Source of the DNA: Octopus vulgaris
Lineage: Eukaryota
Direction of reading: 5' to 3'
Assembly: GCA_951406725.2 (NCBI GenBank)
Contig: OX597814.1
Coordinates: forward strand, 147,126,001-147,190,000
DNA length: 64,000 nucleotides
Of the stretch, positions 1-13,679 are shown in pieces (positions within the stretch are counted from its first letter, which is position 1; each line of letters starts with the position of its first letter). Below the pieces are notes generated by a model, which saw nothing but the letters and a program-made list of their open reading frames with translations, was not told the DNA's origin and searched no databases. The translations under genes and the position numbers were made by a program.

Positions 1-37
1 CTATATATTCATTTGTCCAGCGAAATAATCTATATTT

Positions 38-40
<3 letters not shown>

Positions 41-104
<64 letters not shown>

Positions 105-148
105 TATATGTATGTATATATATGTATATATATATATATATATACATG

Positions 149-186
<38 letters not shown>

Positions 187-250
187 TACATACATACATA
201 CGTACATATATGTATATCTCTCTGTGTGTGTGTGTGTGTGTGTGCGTGTG
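41..250. repeat. Compound (TA)n/(CATA)n/(TG)n microsatellite
   Basis: Direct reading. Representative of dozens of similar (TA)n, (TG)n, (TATG)n, (TATC)n, (TAA)n and (CAT)n tracts across the window. Confidence 0.98.
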
Positions 251-574
251 TAAGGTTTCACTTCCACACACGCCAGCTTAATTTAATTCGTCCTTAGTCG
301 AAAGACACCTGTTATTTGTATTTGTATTTCTGTACCATTTATCCGTTTTTTTTCCGTTTTTGTTTTCGTATACATTTGCTGCTTTCTTCCAAGGAATCTA
401 GTGCTTTTAGATTAGTTTTTCCTTGGGGCAGTCCAGATTGGAGCAATCTCGGGTATAACCAGCCGAAATTGCAAAAATAATCTGGAACACGACTGAGGAA
501 AGAAAATTCCGGATGATCCGTCCTGGTTCTTCCTTGTCCCTTTTATGTATCGTCTAACTTTCTGGATGTTTTTT

Positions 575-1533
575 TAATAATAATAATAATGAAATTATTG
601 TATATAGTGGTCAGGTGCACCACAACTAGTCAAAAGTACATATAAAGTATATGCAGTAATGCACAAATGTGTGGAAAGTGAACAGTGTATGAGCCAGATA
701 TATGCCTGCGTGTGTATGGACGGGAGAAAATCAGGTGTAGTGTTGGCGTATATCAGGAAGCATGGAAGTTTTGAAGGATGCAGTGCTCCGGCAAATAACA
801 ACTGAACCCCGCAGTTTGTTCCATGCTTCAGCAACTCTTAACGTGAAAAACTGTTTCTGAAATTCATGGGAGATGTGCTGTTTTCTGACTTTGTAAACAT
901 GTCCATGGGTGTTAGACAGATGGAGTTTGTAAAGGTGCTCAGAGTTATTGTTTGTAAGATGGTTAATAATTTTATGGGTGTCTGCCAAGTCAGCTGCCAG
1001 ACGTCGGAGTTAAAAGGTATCCATGCCCAGGGAAGTAAGGCGTTCAGAATATGGCAAATGCCTGATGAAGGGCATTCTCTTGGTTGCACGTCGCTGAACG
1101 GCTTCCAGACGATTGATATCCTGGGCAAGATAGGGGTTCCAGACTGGTGATGCAGATTCCAGGTGAGGTCTTACCATAGCTGCATAAAGCCGCAGAGAGA
1201 TAGCCGGAGAGCAGCTCACAAAGGACTTGGTGAGTGATGCCAAGACACCCTCAGCCTTCTTGACAATTTTAGCGATGTGTTTTGTCAAACGCAAATCGCT
1301 GTCGACAATAACGCCAAGAACAGATCCCTGTGGTACACAAGATGTCATTTCATAGGGTGAATAGTGTTGTCCTAGAACTGTGACAATCTCTTTTCGGCTG
1401 ATGATAAAGGACTTTAACAAGTTATAGAGATCGTCTCTTACACGCATTGCAAAGAATTTCACCATAAGTTTTTTGTGTGGCACAGGACTAAAAGCCTTAT
1501 CAAAGTCCAGTTAAACAACATCTGCCCAGGATC
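575..1533 (-). mobile_element. CR1/L2-group LINE, 3' remnant with internal deletion
   Basis: The minus strand reads LDFDKAF..VPHKKL, CVPQGSVL fused directly to GVIVDSDL (YADD segment lost), VRPHLE..PVWNP, LEAVQRRATK, YSERL and FFTLRVAEAWNKL. A (TTA)n-like tail lies near 575-600. Confidence 0.88.
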
Positions 1534-1551
1534 CGCGATTATTTTGTTTCA

Positions 1552-1592
<41 letters not shown>

Positions 1593-1948
1593 TACATACA
1601 CACACACACAGAATCACACACACACACACAGAATCACACACACACACACATATATATATATATACATTTGTGTACGTATCCAAATAACATGGTGTCAAAA
1701 CTGAGTCAATATACATCCCCTAAAGACTAATGCACCGGTTGCGTATAGAGCATAATTTTTAATATATTTTCCAAAGTTTTCTGCGTTCAGCATAGTGCAT
1801 ATATATATAGCAAATGAATATATAGCAAATTTACCATCTGTCTCAGTCTGGTGTTCATATATGTTTCTGTCATTTTAGCTTTGTGATTAAAAATATATCC
1901 AGACTGAATTTGTCTATACATACATACATATATATATTTTTTTTTTTT

Positions 1949-2040
<92 letters not shown>

Positions 2041-2209
2041 TTATATGTATGTGTGTGTTTGAGTGTGTGTATGCATATATACATATATATACATGTTTGT
2101 GTGGGGTATATGTGTGTATACACATACAATAGTAATATATGTAACTCCGACGAGTATTGAGTGCTTTGTTCTTTCGTTTATCCACGTCACTATGCATTTA
2201 TATATAGTA

Positions 2210-2245
2210 ACTAGCAGAGATTCTCGGCGTTACTCGGGATTAAAA
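2210..2245 (-). mobile_element. Helitron-like 3' terminus fragment
   Basis: ACTAG followed by an imperfect GC hairpin (TCTCGG-CGTT-ACTCGGG), which is the reverse complement of a hairpin+CTAGT end. Confidence 0.45.
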
Positions 2246-2256
2246 TGGTATAGTCC

Positions 2257-2292
<36 letters not shown>

Positions 2293-3178
2293 CAGTTTTG
2301 CTGAAACAGGTGATACGTGAAAGAAAGTACAACATTGAGGACAAAGCATTTATGGAGTAAGTCATTATCCAGTTCCACTAAGCGACATGCAATACATCTG
2401 TTTGGAGGATTCCATGCACTAAACTATTAATAAACAATGGAAGTGGTGGGTATGCAAGTTTTGAACCCACCGAAAACTGTCAGTGGCTATACTCGCCTTT
2501 GAGGTGGTCAGCGCTGCGTCCCACACGATCCATCGCACGGGTGACACTCAAATGAATGGAGATGTAATGGAGATATTGTACGTAAATGGGTACATTCTGG
2601 AAATGGGCTGCAATGGGAGACAGCAACGGGGAAATGAACTGTTGAAATGTTGCAGAAGGGGAAGCTTGACACTAGATTGCTTGTGTGTCTGTAGAAAAAG
2701 AAGCAAAGTGAATCTATGCAGTCTCATGAGAATATGTGTTAATGAATATGCCATCAAGGAAAGCGGACGGTAAACTATGATGATTATGATGATGAGGAGG
2801 AGGAGGAAAACTACGACGACGACGAGGATGAAGCAAATGAACAAAAATAGAAGTCACTGACAAACATCGTACTGCAACTGAGAAAGTAACAGTTCAGGAA
2901 ATATATGTGTTTATGTATATACGTATGTATGTATGTATTTGAGCATTTACGTTGTGTGTAGATGTATCTGCATGTGTGTGTGTGTGTGTATGTCGGAAAT
3001 TAATTAGCACTTCTCAAATTTCTAAATTTTCAAATTTCTACATTCTCAAATTTCTACATTTTCTTACATTTTCTTAATTTAATTAACTTATTATCAGAAA
3101 CGAACTCGTTTTTAATCAAAAAATTTATTAAAACATATCCCAGCACACCACATAATTGTTATTAATCGTGAAATTTAG

Positions 3179-4177
3179 TCAATATCTTGTTGCTCCTCCT
3201 TTGGCAGCAATGACAGCTGCAACGCGGGTCGGCATGCTGTCTATGAGTGTCTGCAGGTACTGTGCAGGGATGGCCCTCCATGCAGCAAGAAGTGCCCCAA
3301 ACAGCTCGTGTCGGTTCCTGTATTGCTGCACATTCAAAATCCCTACCCAATCGACTCCAGAGGTTCTCAATAGGGTTCAGGTCAGGTGACTGGCCAGGCC
3401 AGTCCATGACTGTCACCCCATGGTCCTTGAAGAAACCGGTTGTGAGCTTGGCTGTGTGGGAAGGCGCGTTGTCCTGCTGGAGCACGTACTCCTCGCCAAC
3501 AAAGAGGTATCCCGTACTATCTCAACGTACTTTGCTGCGTTGATGTTGCCTTCGACGGCATAGAGCCGCCCAACACCACTGTAGCTGAACGCCCTTCACA
3601 CCATCAGACCACCCCCACCATGCTTTATGGTGGGAGCAATGCAGTCTTTGTTGAAGCGCTCACCCCTGCGGCGTCGCACATGGACAGGCTTGTCATTGAC
3701 GAGACTGAATCGCGACTCGTCAGTGAACATCACTGTCCGCCACTGCTGCACGGTCCATGTCTTGTGGGCACGGGCCCAGAGCAGCCGCCTCTTCCGGTTT
3801 TGGGCTGTAAGGAGCAGCTTACGGGCGGCCCTACAGGATTTTAGACCAGCTTCCAGTAATCTGGTCTTGACGGTGGTTGTAGACAACTGCTTCCCTGTCA
3901 TCTTTTGCATCTCCTCCGCCAGTTGCCGGCTCGTTGCCCTTCGGTTGTACAGTGACTTTCGGATCAGCATCCAGTCCTCCCGCTGGGTCGTCAGCCTCTT
4001 CCATCCCCTACCCTTTTTGTCAGCTGCTGATCTGGTTTCCTCGTATTTCTTAAATAAGCACTGAATTGTGCGCCTGGCTACACCAAGTTTTCTGGCTATT
4101 GCAGCCTCCGACAGCTTCCCACGCCACGAGAGAGCCTCGTACCGTCTCTCCAAGGTCATGCGAGGTCTTGGGCCCAT
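3179..4177 (-). pseudogene. Tc1-family transposase, frameshifted
   Basis: Split over ORFs 3596-4177, 3162-3485 and 3179-3370. Motifs: HTH (AAIARKLGVARRTI), VMFTDESRF, KHGGGGLMV, QQDNAPSH, WPGQSPDLNPIENLW (34 aa between D and E) and GGATRY. Confidence 0.92.
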
Positions 4178-4336
4178 CTAGGAATGAACGATAAAAACCA
4201 GTTATTTTCATTAAAACTATTCCTTTGAATAATGTTATGCTATAACAAAACTGCTATGAGTTATTATTCATTAAACAAAAAAGAAAGAAAGCAGAATTTC
4301 TCACCTTATTTGATGTATAACAGAAAGTTTTGTGAA

Positions 4337-4351
4337 CCGGAAGTGACGTCA
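4337..4351 (+). promoter_or_regulatory. Overlapping ETS + CRE motif CCGGAAGTGACGTCA upstream of the transposase
   Basis: Exact composite motif ~160 bp 5' of the transposase ATG. Function is inferred only. Confidence 0.45.
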
Positions 4352-4830
4352 CCAAGCAGAGTGTAGGAGAATTTGTGAGGAAAAAAAATCTTGCAAATAC
4401 ACAAATCAATTAACCTACGAGCTGTTCAAAACGTCTTACGCGATGAGAAAACTTAGTACGGTGTGATTTCGGTCCTTGCAAGGCGCTACCTATATCTATT
4501 AAACAAAGGAAGATTTGTCTGCATCCGCACTCCAAGTTGTTGTTGCACTGCTATGTCAACATCATTAGGCTGTAGACTCTCAAACCGCTCTGCAAACAAA
4601 GTTACGTCATCGTTCTGTGCAACAGTGAACTTGCATCAAAGCAATAGTTCGAGATATGGCCACTAGGTGACAGCAAATACCTTGAGTGAAGAGCAAATCA
4701 AAGGTGCTAATTAATTTCTGACGGTAGTGTACATGTAAATGTATGTATTTATTTAGTGACATGAATGTCTGTTCAAGTTGAAAATACAACAGTTACTTCG
4801 ACGAAGGTTGTATATATACACACACACACA

Positions 4831-4917
<87 letters not shown>

Positions 4918-4918
<1 letters not shown>

Positions 4919-5103
4919 AGACCGTTAGCTACTACACGCATTTTTTTCTCTCCTTGTTTTTTTTCTGTGTATCTTTCTGTCGAAAAGCGTAGGCTCGAAA
5001 CGTAAAAAAACTTTTTCTATTCCTGAGCGTTATATCAATACATTTGTTTGTTTGTACTCCACCTGCCTTCGTCTTTTGAGTATTTTCGTAAACTTTCCCT
5101 TTA
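4918..5103 (+). mobile_element. Solo Penelope-type 3' terminal fragment with degenerate minimal hammerhead-like motif
   Basis: Homologous to 47565-47762, the 3' end of the PLE at 45708, and flanked by TA tracts. Contains TCTTT CTGTCGA A AAGC-GTAG-GCTC GAAA CGTA. Confidence 0.75.
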
Positions 5104-5110
5104 TACATAC

Positions 5111-5145
<35 letters not shown>

Positions 5146-6038
5146 AAATCGTGTTCCAAGCACACGATTTCTCGATCAAGTCAGTTGTTATGCCAGTACA
5201 TCTCCGAAAATAGAAAGATTATTTCTATATGAAATGTCTTAATATTTTCATAGAAATGAAAATAAAATTTCGTATTGACAAGGACCACTCCTCACATACA
5301 TATGTTTAATAGCCTACCTAACGCGGAAAGACACAAACACAGTGAGATATATACACACTCATACGCTCACATACATACATTCATATATAAAATGTGACCT
5401 TGTCATGGTGGTTAGAATTAAAAGTAAAAGTATAAAAGGGAAAAAATATATCACATTACAATATAGATGTTATTCTTGCACTTTTATTCGAGTTTTGACA
5501 CGTAATACGGAAATGTTGCATTGTTTTAATCCAAAGAATTACATGTTGACACTCACTGGGTCTGATAGTATTACCATGTGAAATTTGAATTGGTTGCACT
5601 GTTTGAGAAAGCTTTTAGAACAGATAGAAATCCTTGAATGCAATTCAGAAAAATCCTAATGCATCGCTAAAATCATTTCTCTTAAGATCACAGTCCGTAT
5701 TCCTGAGATGATTACAGTATAGTCAGCAATAGCTGTGGATAACAGGTAAATCATGTACATGGATTCATTTCTTCAGGTGATATTAAATGAATGGAAGTTT
5801 AAGTGAAGGTTGTTTTTCCCTTTTGACCAGTGGGAAGGTTGATTATGGTATGTGGGTATTTGTGTGTGTATTTGCTGGGGAGGGGTGAATGTGATAGAAA
5901 CAGAGGAAGGAATAGTAATTATATGGAGATGGTGGTGTGTATGGTGACATTTGATTTATTCTGCTAGTCAGTCTGCAAATGACAAGGATGGATAGTGCAC
6001 TCCGATGTTCGATCAAATTTTGAAGTAAGACTACCTTC

Positions 6039-6084
<46 letters not shown>

Positions 6085-6169
6085 CAACAATTGAGGGTAA
6101 AATTAATTAATTATTAATCAATTTCACCAAGTATTCAGTATGTAAAGGGACCATTTTAGGCGAATTCAA

Positions 6170-6296
6170 AATATTACATTATATATAAGGGCTTAGTAAA
6201 ATAAATTACTTTGCCACATACTGAACTCATTAGAAATAGCTAATGAGTTCAGTATGTGGCAAAGTAATTTATTTTACTAAGCCCTTATATATAATG

Positions 6297-6303
<7 letters not shown>
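6170..6303. repeat. Perfect 64-bp inverted repeat with 6-nt spacer, in a TA-flanked insertion (6083-6303)
   Basis: 6170-6233 is the reverse complement of 6240-6303. The spacer is AAATAG. Confidence 0.95.
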
Positions 6304-6348
<45 letters not shown>

Positions 6349-6459
6349 TCTGCTCGCTTAGCCAGCGGGGTGGCGTCATTCGAAGGCTAAAACAATGCAA
6401 ACGTATTGTGACCAGCGATGTGTAACAACATTTGATAGTTTGGTCGGTCACGTGATCAT

Positions 6460-6524
<65 letters not shown>

Positions 6525-7049
6525 GTTACGTTCTCTTACTGAAACCATAAATATTATAATAAAGTATTTTTTCTAGACTTACTCCAGCCTTCAAACGAAG
6601 ACTTTTCGAAAAAGCATTACTATTTTATACGATAAAAATTTATTTATAATTTCTCTGTGACATGAAATTTCTATTTAATATTCTTCAGCTATTTCAAATA
6701 TTAAAACTTTTGTTGACTTCATATGCATGTACTTGACTTTCACTGATTGATTTTTCTCTTTTGATCTAAAAATGTTTTAGTACTAAAGATTTTTAAAAAT
6801 CATTAATTTGTTACAATATTATTGTAGAATTTCTTAGTAATCATTTTAGGTTAAACAAGATCATCTACAAATTAATCAAGTTCCAATCGAATACTTAGAT
6901 GCATTCAGCTTATATTGATGTTGAGTGGAAAGCCAAAGAAAAAGTCATCTGTTTTCTGCATGTCTGTGACGAGATTTCTGCGATGCTATACTTATACTTT
7001 TATCTCTTTGCCTTTCAAGTCGTAATACATACATAAATACATGCATATG

Positions 7050-7128
<79 letters not shown>

Positions 7129-7275
7129 CTGTATATGTATATATGTATGTGTGTATGTATATTTGTATGTAAGTATGTATTTGTGCGTATAATTCATATA
7201 TGTACATATAAGTATTTATATATTTGCATGTAGGGAGATATAAATTTACGTACATGTACCCGTGTGCCTACAGAG

Positions 7276-7333
<58 letters not shown>

Positions 7334-9099
7334 GACAAGGTGTGAAAGAATGAGAAAAAATACGAGATTAAAATTCGCACCTGTGTGCATGCGCGGTGAC
7401 TATAGAAATGTTTATTGTTTTGGGATTTTACAGAAAATCTATTGAATAAATTCATAGCTGACGAAAAATATTTTGTCTGTTCATGGTCTCCATGTTTTCT
7501 AGCTGAAAACAACATTCTCATTTGACATTTCATCTTGCATTTGAATGAATGTTCCATCAATGTCTAAGAAACCACGAAATAATTCACGTGAGAGTTGAAA
7601 AAGTTAAGCCAGAAACCATAATCTAAACAAATAATTTTTCATATTTTCGAGAGGTTTATTAATATTTTAATACCATACAATTTCTTTATCGGGTTATTGA
7701 GATTATAAACAAAATTTAATGTAATTTGTAGTTATGTTTTTTTGTATAATTCTTGCACATTTTTTTGTTCGTTACTTCCATACCTTTATCTTATATCAGT
7801 CTCAAAATAGTTATGGTACAAACACTGCCAATGTAGAGAAAAATTTTTACGTTTTGTTTTATCATTTTCTATGTGTTACATCACATTAGAATATATAGGA
7901 GAAAGGTCAATTCTGATGTACATAGTATATAAAAGAAAATAAAGAAAATTTAATATTGTCCATATGGTTAATTTTCCTGGAAAACTTAAGCAAGTTTGTC
8001 TAATCTAAAATCAGAAATACCATGTAAAGTAGAAAGGTCACAAACAGTTTATTTCGTTTAGTACGAAAGAACTTTTGTTGAAATGCTAAGTAGCTTTAAC
8101 GTAATAGATAATAGGAGAACAGCTTTTACTATAAGTCTCTAACCAACACCCAATTTTTCAACGATAATATGATTTTGACACCGCTTCAGCTTATGTGGTA
8201 ACGGACATTGTACAGTTAAAATCGTCACAGCCGCTACATATGCTATGTCTCAAAAAACGTAAAGATACTTAGCATTGCTAAACGGTATCGCAGAATCTCT
8301 GTGATCTGTTAAGAATATCAGGAAGTTAACTATGAAGTAGTAATAAGATTTGCATACGTATTTGTACTGCTCCTCATATATCTGGGACTAAAGTTCATCA
8401 GGTCGTCTAGGAAATATTCTTGTTAACGAGAATCAGTGGGTGACTTGCAATTATCCTGTTTCTAAACACTGCTTATTTATCGCTTCTACGGCGGTAACTA
8501 TTGTTGTATACTATCTTCCTGCAATATAACGTCTCATCAAAGTTACATCCGGATGCATCTGTCCTCCTACCGTACTAAATATTGTGCCCCATATCTTAGA
8601 ATATGCATTTGATATTTCATTCCATATCACATCTCTTCATGAGTACATATCTCTTGATTTTAGCCACGATCTAGTTATTTATCAACGTGTTAGACAATTT
8701 CCACACACCAGTCACTCCCAAATAGTCAAAATCCTACCGTTTATGAAGAAATGAATTCAATATGCGTCTAAACTACATTCTAAATGAAATCTACTTACAT
8801 AAATATGTAAAACACCGAAGTGAATTATATCATCTCCCACGATACGCTGACTGAGTAGAACCCCATCTCACAAACACACATGCACACACTCATGAAAAAT
8901 CTCTCAATCAAATATTTTCTCTCCATAAGAATTGAAACACAATATTTTCGCCCCATACTTATATCTTTACGTGATTCCTGATTCAAAGATCCATACAGGC
9001 ACGCACAGACACATATAGACACACACACACACATATATATTGTGTGGAATGTATTACATAAATTTCGTGGGTAAAGCCGGAACAATACGAAATATACCC

Positions 9100-11080
9100 A
9101 AGATATATCACAAAAAAACCGGCATATGGTGACTTAACCGGCATTCAGTATTTCAGTGTTATAATCTTCTCTTCAGGAATTAGCGAATGTTTTATATGTG
9201 TGTTTGTGGGGAGTAGACATGCGTGGAAGGATGGTGTTAGAGCAACCAGCTACCTTCTGTTGTTGATGGTCGGCTTCCGTTGGTGCATTAATATGGTCTC
9301 TGTTACGCTGTGTTGCACTCATGTGAACTGTGAACTCTGGGGTCTGACATTTTCGCAGATGTTTCTTCATGGAAGTATCTGTCTACATGTGTTCTTTTAT
9401 GCGTACGTGTAGTTTTTTCATTGCGTTTCCTATGTACGAAGCATCACGTTTGCCGCAGGTGACCTCGTATACAAGGTAGGTCCTCTGGCATATTTTGAGC
9501 TCTTGACGGGGCAATTTGGTAATGTGCGTTCCCTGTTCTTGAGAAAGGTGTTGTTCGTGTTCAGAATTTTTCTCAGGGATGGACCGACCGGTTTGGATTA
9601 TCTGTATGTCGTGTCCTTCCCTGCAGACTGCATGTTGTATCGCAGCCGTAGTTCTGTTATCAAAATGCGGTAGCATTAGGAAGCACGTGCTGGACTTCGG
9701 AGTATGGGGGTTCTGTCAAGGTTTGTTAAACCTGACGATCTTTAGGTGTTGTTGTTTGGCTAGACATTGCGGGTAGCCATTCAGGATTAGGCCTCTCAGA
9801 AACTGCTTGGTGTTGGCGTCTTTGTCGGTCACTTCGCTGCATGTGCTACTTATTCGTGCAATATCGTTTCTCATATATGCGGCTTCGGATCTGGTGGGTA
9901 GGACTGATTGGTAGTGGATGAAAGTTTTCTGCTAGCAGCTTTTCTATAGTAGTTAGTAAATATGGAACCTTCGTCTGTGATCCTGATTTGAAAGTCGAGC
10001 AGGGACAGGGTTCCCGACTCGTCTGGATGTTCGATCTCGAATTTTTTGTGTAAGTCAGTGTTATTGAAGTCCCGGTGTATGTTAATGTCCTCGTCCATGG
10101 AAGACGTGATGATAAGGCACAGGAGTGGCTTTGTGGTAAGTAGCTAGCTTACGAACTACATGGTTCTGGGTTCAGTCCCACTGCGTGGCACCTTGGGCAA
10201 GTGTCTTCTACTATAACCTCGGGCCAACCAAAGCCTTGTGAGTGGATTTGGTAGACGGAAACTGAAAGAAGCCTGTCGTATATATGTATATATATGTGTT
10301 TGTGTGCGTGTATGTTTGTGTATCTGTGTTTGTCCCCCTAGCATTGCTTGACAACCGATGCTGGTGTGTTTATGTCCCCGTCACTTAGCGGTTCGGCATA
10401 AGAGACCGATAGAGTAAGTACTGGGCTTACAAAGAATAAGTACCGGGGTCGAGTTGCTCGATTAAAGGCGGTGCTCCAGCATGGCCACAGTCAAATGACT
10501 GAAACAAGTAAAAAAAAAAATAAGGATGTCATCAACGAATTTTGAGAAGAATAAGCATATGCGGCAGGTGTTGAGGGCTGTGCGTTCTAACTTAACTATG
10601 TACGTGATGGCCAGCAGTCCTGAAAGGCTAGATCTTATTCGTAGGCCAGAAGTCTGTTTGTAAACCACACCGTTGTATTGGAAATTTGTAATACTAACTA
10701 TAATAGTTAGCAATTTTCGTATGTCCGAGGGTGTGAGGCTGAAGAGCTGGAGGTTGATGGATGTGGAAGTGAGAGAAAATGAAAGGGAAGGTAGAAAGGT
10801 AGAGGTTACAGTGGAGAGAAGAGGATGCGGGGGAGATAAGGAGATGAAGGATGTGATGTGGACTATAGGGATATCGACAGCCAGTAGGGTAGATACGGAG
10901 GTGTAAAGGGAAACAACGTCTAAACTGAAAGGGTATTTGTTAGTTTTGAGTATGGGGTGAATCGATAGCCTTGAGTTTTGTAAAGATTTCGTGGGAACAG
11001 CTGATGTGTCCGGGAAATGCGTGTAATTCGTTGATCGAATCAGCTGGGCCTCTCGATTTCGTAAGTAACAGAGTGCGCCT
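9100..11080 (-). mobile_element. Penelope-like retroelement remnant (RT + GIY-YIG), interrupted by a SINE
   Basis: RT motifs FSLDVVSLYTSV, YKQTSGL..SSLSGLLA, FVDDIL and LSLLDFQI. GIY-YIG-like LVYEVTC....SYIG....LHVRIKEH. Many frameshifts. Confidence 0.88.
10116..10519 (+). mobile_element. tRNA-derived SINE (family A) with A-rich tail
   Basis: A-box-like TGGCTTTGTGG and B-box-like GGTTCAGTCCC, an internal microsatellite and a poly(A) end. ATAAGG is repeated at 10112-10117 and 10520-10525 (TSD). Confidence 0.88.
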
Positions 11081-11111
11081 TTATATATATATATATATAT
11101 ATGTACATATA

Positions 11112-11465
11112 CAGTCATTTGACTGCGGCCATACTGGACCATCGCCTTTAGTCGAGTAAATCGACACCAGGTCTTATTTTTGTAAGTCTAGTACATGTTC
11201 TATCGGTATATTTTGCCGAACCGCTTATTTATGGGGCCGCAAAAACACCACCATCGGTTGTCAAGCGATATTGAAGGGGCAAACACTGACACAAACACAT
11301 ACATATATATACATACGCATATATACGACGGGCTTCTTTCAGTTTCTGTCTACTAAATCCACTAACAAGGCTATAGAAGACGCTTGCCCAAGGTGCAACG
11401 CAGTAGGAATAAAACCGGATCATGTGGTTGGTAAGCAAGGTACCTATCACACAGCCACTCCTGCG

Positions 11466-11467
<2 letters not shown>
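11112..11467 (-). mobile_element. tRNA-derived SINE (family A), inverted copy
   Basis: Reverse-complement homology to 10116-10510 from head to tail. Confidence 0.85.
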
Positions 11468-11511
<44 letters not shown>

Positions 11512-13053
11512 CGCATCCGCATATATGTAATGTTTGCATACTCGGTTACAAATGTACGAATATACGTATATGTAATTTCAGAGGCCTTCAGATAGGTTTA
11601 CCCTTTAGATTTACATCTAAGTGTAGTTATAAACAAATTCATTGTAGGTTCAATTGTATCGACCTCTCTATATTTATAGAGATTTTGAATTATCTCGAAA
11701 TAGCAACACAGTAGAGCAAACCGAAGCAACAGATACTTAATTTTTTTCTCTCTCGTAAAGCTTCCTCTTGAGTAAACTTATAGCAAAAATACAACTTTTC
11801 ATCTTGTTTTGCATCATAATATCATTACTAGTTTTAGGTAAGATACAAAATTTTCAAACCGTTTCCTTGATCACACAAATTCTATAGTGCTATCTTATTT
11901 TCAAAACTACTTTAAAATAATCTCGGAGAAATGCAAGATAAGAAAATACCTTCCAGCCACGTTTTCCTATTTTTCCTCTTTAGCTGTGTCTCTTTTAAAA
12001 TGGCTACACTGTAATTTATTATATTTCAATAGCTAAAGTGCATTGTCATATGCTTGCATAAACACTCACACAGCTATTTTTGTTAATATAATTTTAGAAT
12101 TATTTACAATTACATTTCCCTTCCTTTGCTCAATAATAATATAAGCGAAAAGACGTACACACTATAGAACTCAGATAAATTAGCTTGTGGCATTTGATTG
12201 CATGCTTTTGTTTTCTACGTTCAAATTTCGTCATGGTGGATTTTGTTTTTTAACATTTCCTGAACATTTAAAAAACACCAGTCAAGTATTGAGATCAATG
12301 TAGTTTTATTATGCTTCTAAAGATAATCAACCCTCAGATACCGATTTTGTTTATTCAAGCTGCAAGAGATATCAACCCAAATCCGATTGTTTAAAACCGT
12401 AAATGGGTATTCCTAGCCACACTCAAACACATGAGAGTTTAGAATGGCAAGCATCTGATCCTATGTGTACTTAACTGGGGAATACTTGCAAATAAGCAGC
12501 ATTGAGAATTGTGATAGTGTTCCATTCTCATGTGAAATCCATTTAGATAACTAATGATTTGGGATTACGCATAAATGTGAAAAATATTCATTTGGGACTT
12601 CTTTCCTATAAAAGATATTGAGTCTTGCACACCGTACTTCAGAAATTGGAACAGTGGCGCCCTCAATTCCTTTGTTTCTACATGAAGGTATATTCGGTTT
12701 AAAATAAAATATTTCTTTCATGGAAGACAAATTTTCTGCGATACAAATGGGTATGAACACATAGTTTGTAAAATTATATTTCGTAACGCTGTGATTTCAG
12801 GTTATACTAAACTAGAGTAACATTGCTCAGATGTACCATTGATCGTGGAAAGCTAATTATCAATAATATTGTAAAGTTAAACGAATCATATTACTTACTA
12901 TAGCAGTATTCAATGTCGTCCATACAAAAAATATTTTTGACTCCAAGTTATGTTTACTTCTAATTTATTTATTTTATGTTTATTTATTTGGTATTGTTGT
13001 TGTTGCTGCTGTTGTTGTTATTATTATTATTATTGTTGTTGTTGTTGTTGTTG

Positions 13054-13088
<35 letters not shown>

Positions 13089-13679
13089 TGGAACATAGGC
13101 TGTACTAACTAAATTCATTTTTCCTAAACAGCTATTTGTGTTGTATTAATCTCATTATTCATTACCAGCGGGTAAAATCACACTCACCGTCAAGTAACGG
13201 AATTCATATTTAGGTGCACTATCGATTTTCTCCCTCCTAACGAAAGTTAATGAATAGCAGAGCTGTGAAGCCTTAAATAAAGGAACATCAATTCTAATCG
13301 CAAAAATAATTATTTGCGCATTTTATTCAATACTCTAAAACTTATTTGATTCGCCTGTGAAGCAGAGAAACCAAAATGGGTACAAAATATAACTGCATTT
13401 GTTAGATTGAAGTCTGCATTGTCGTTAGAAGGCTCATTTTATAACACGGAGGCCTGCGAGGAGCAGGTTCGCAGAGATAGGTGAATACATACATACACAC
13501 ACACGCACACACACGTATTTGTGTTGTTTTCAATTCGGTTTTCTCCTTATTTGCATACCCAATTTAATTTTCGTATTTCATGTTTGTTTACATTTTGTGA
13601 AGTCATGTACCCACATATTCACACCTATATACGTATGTATGCACATAGGTGTGTCTATATATGCTTATATATATATATT

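Larger units (their letters stand above)
2992..4729 (-). mobile_element. Tc1/mariner DNA transposon (DD34E), decayed, ~1.74 kb
   Basis: TIRs are GTCGGAAATTAATTAGCAC (2992-3010, outer end eroded) and GTGCTAATTAATTTCTGACGGTAGTG (4704-4729), followed by TA. An AATAAA lies on the minus strand at 3124-3129. Confidence 0.92.

Noticed and set aside
13-297. Many YIYI, HTHT, poly-I/N/S/M ORFs across the window
   Set aside because: They are translations of microsatellites.
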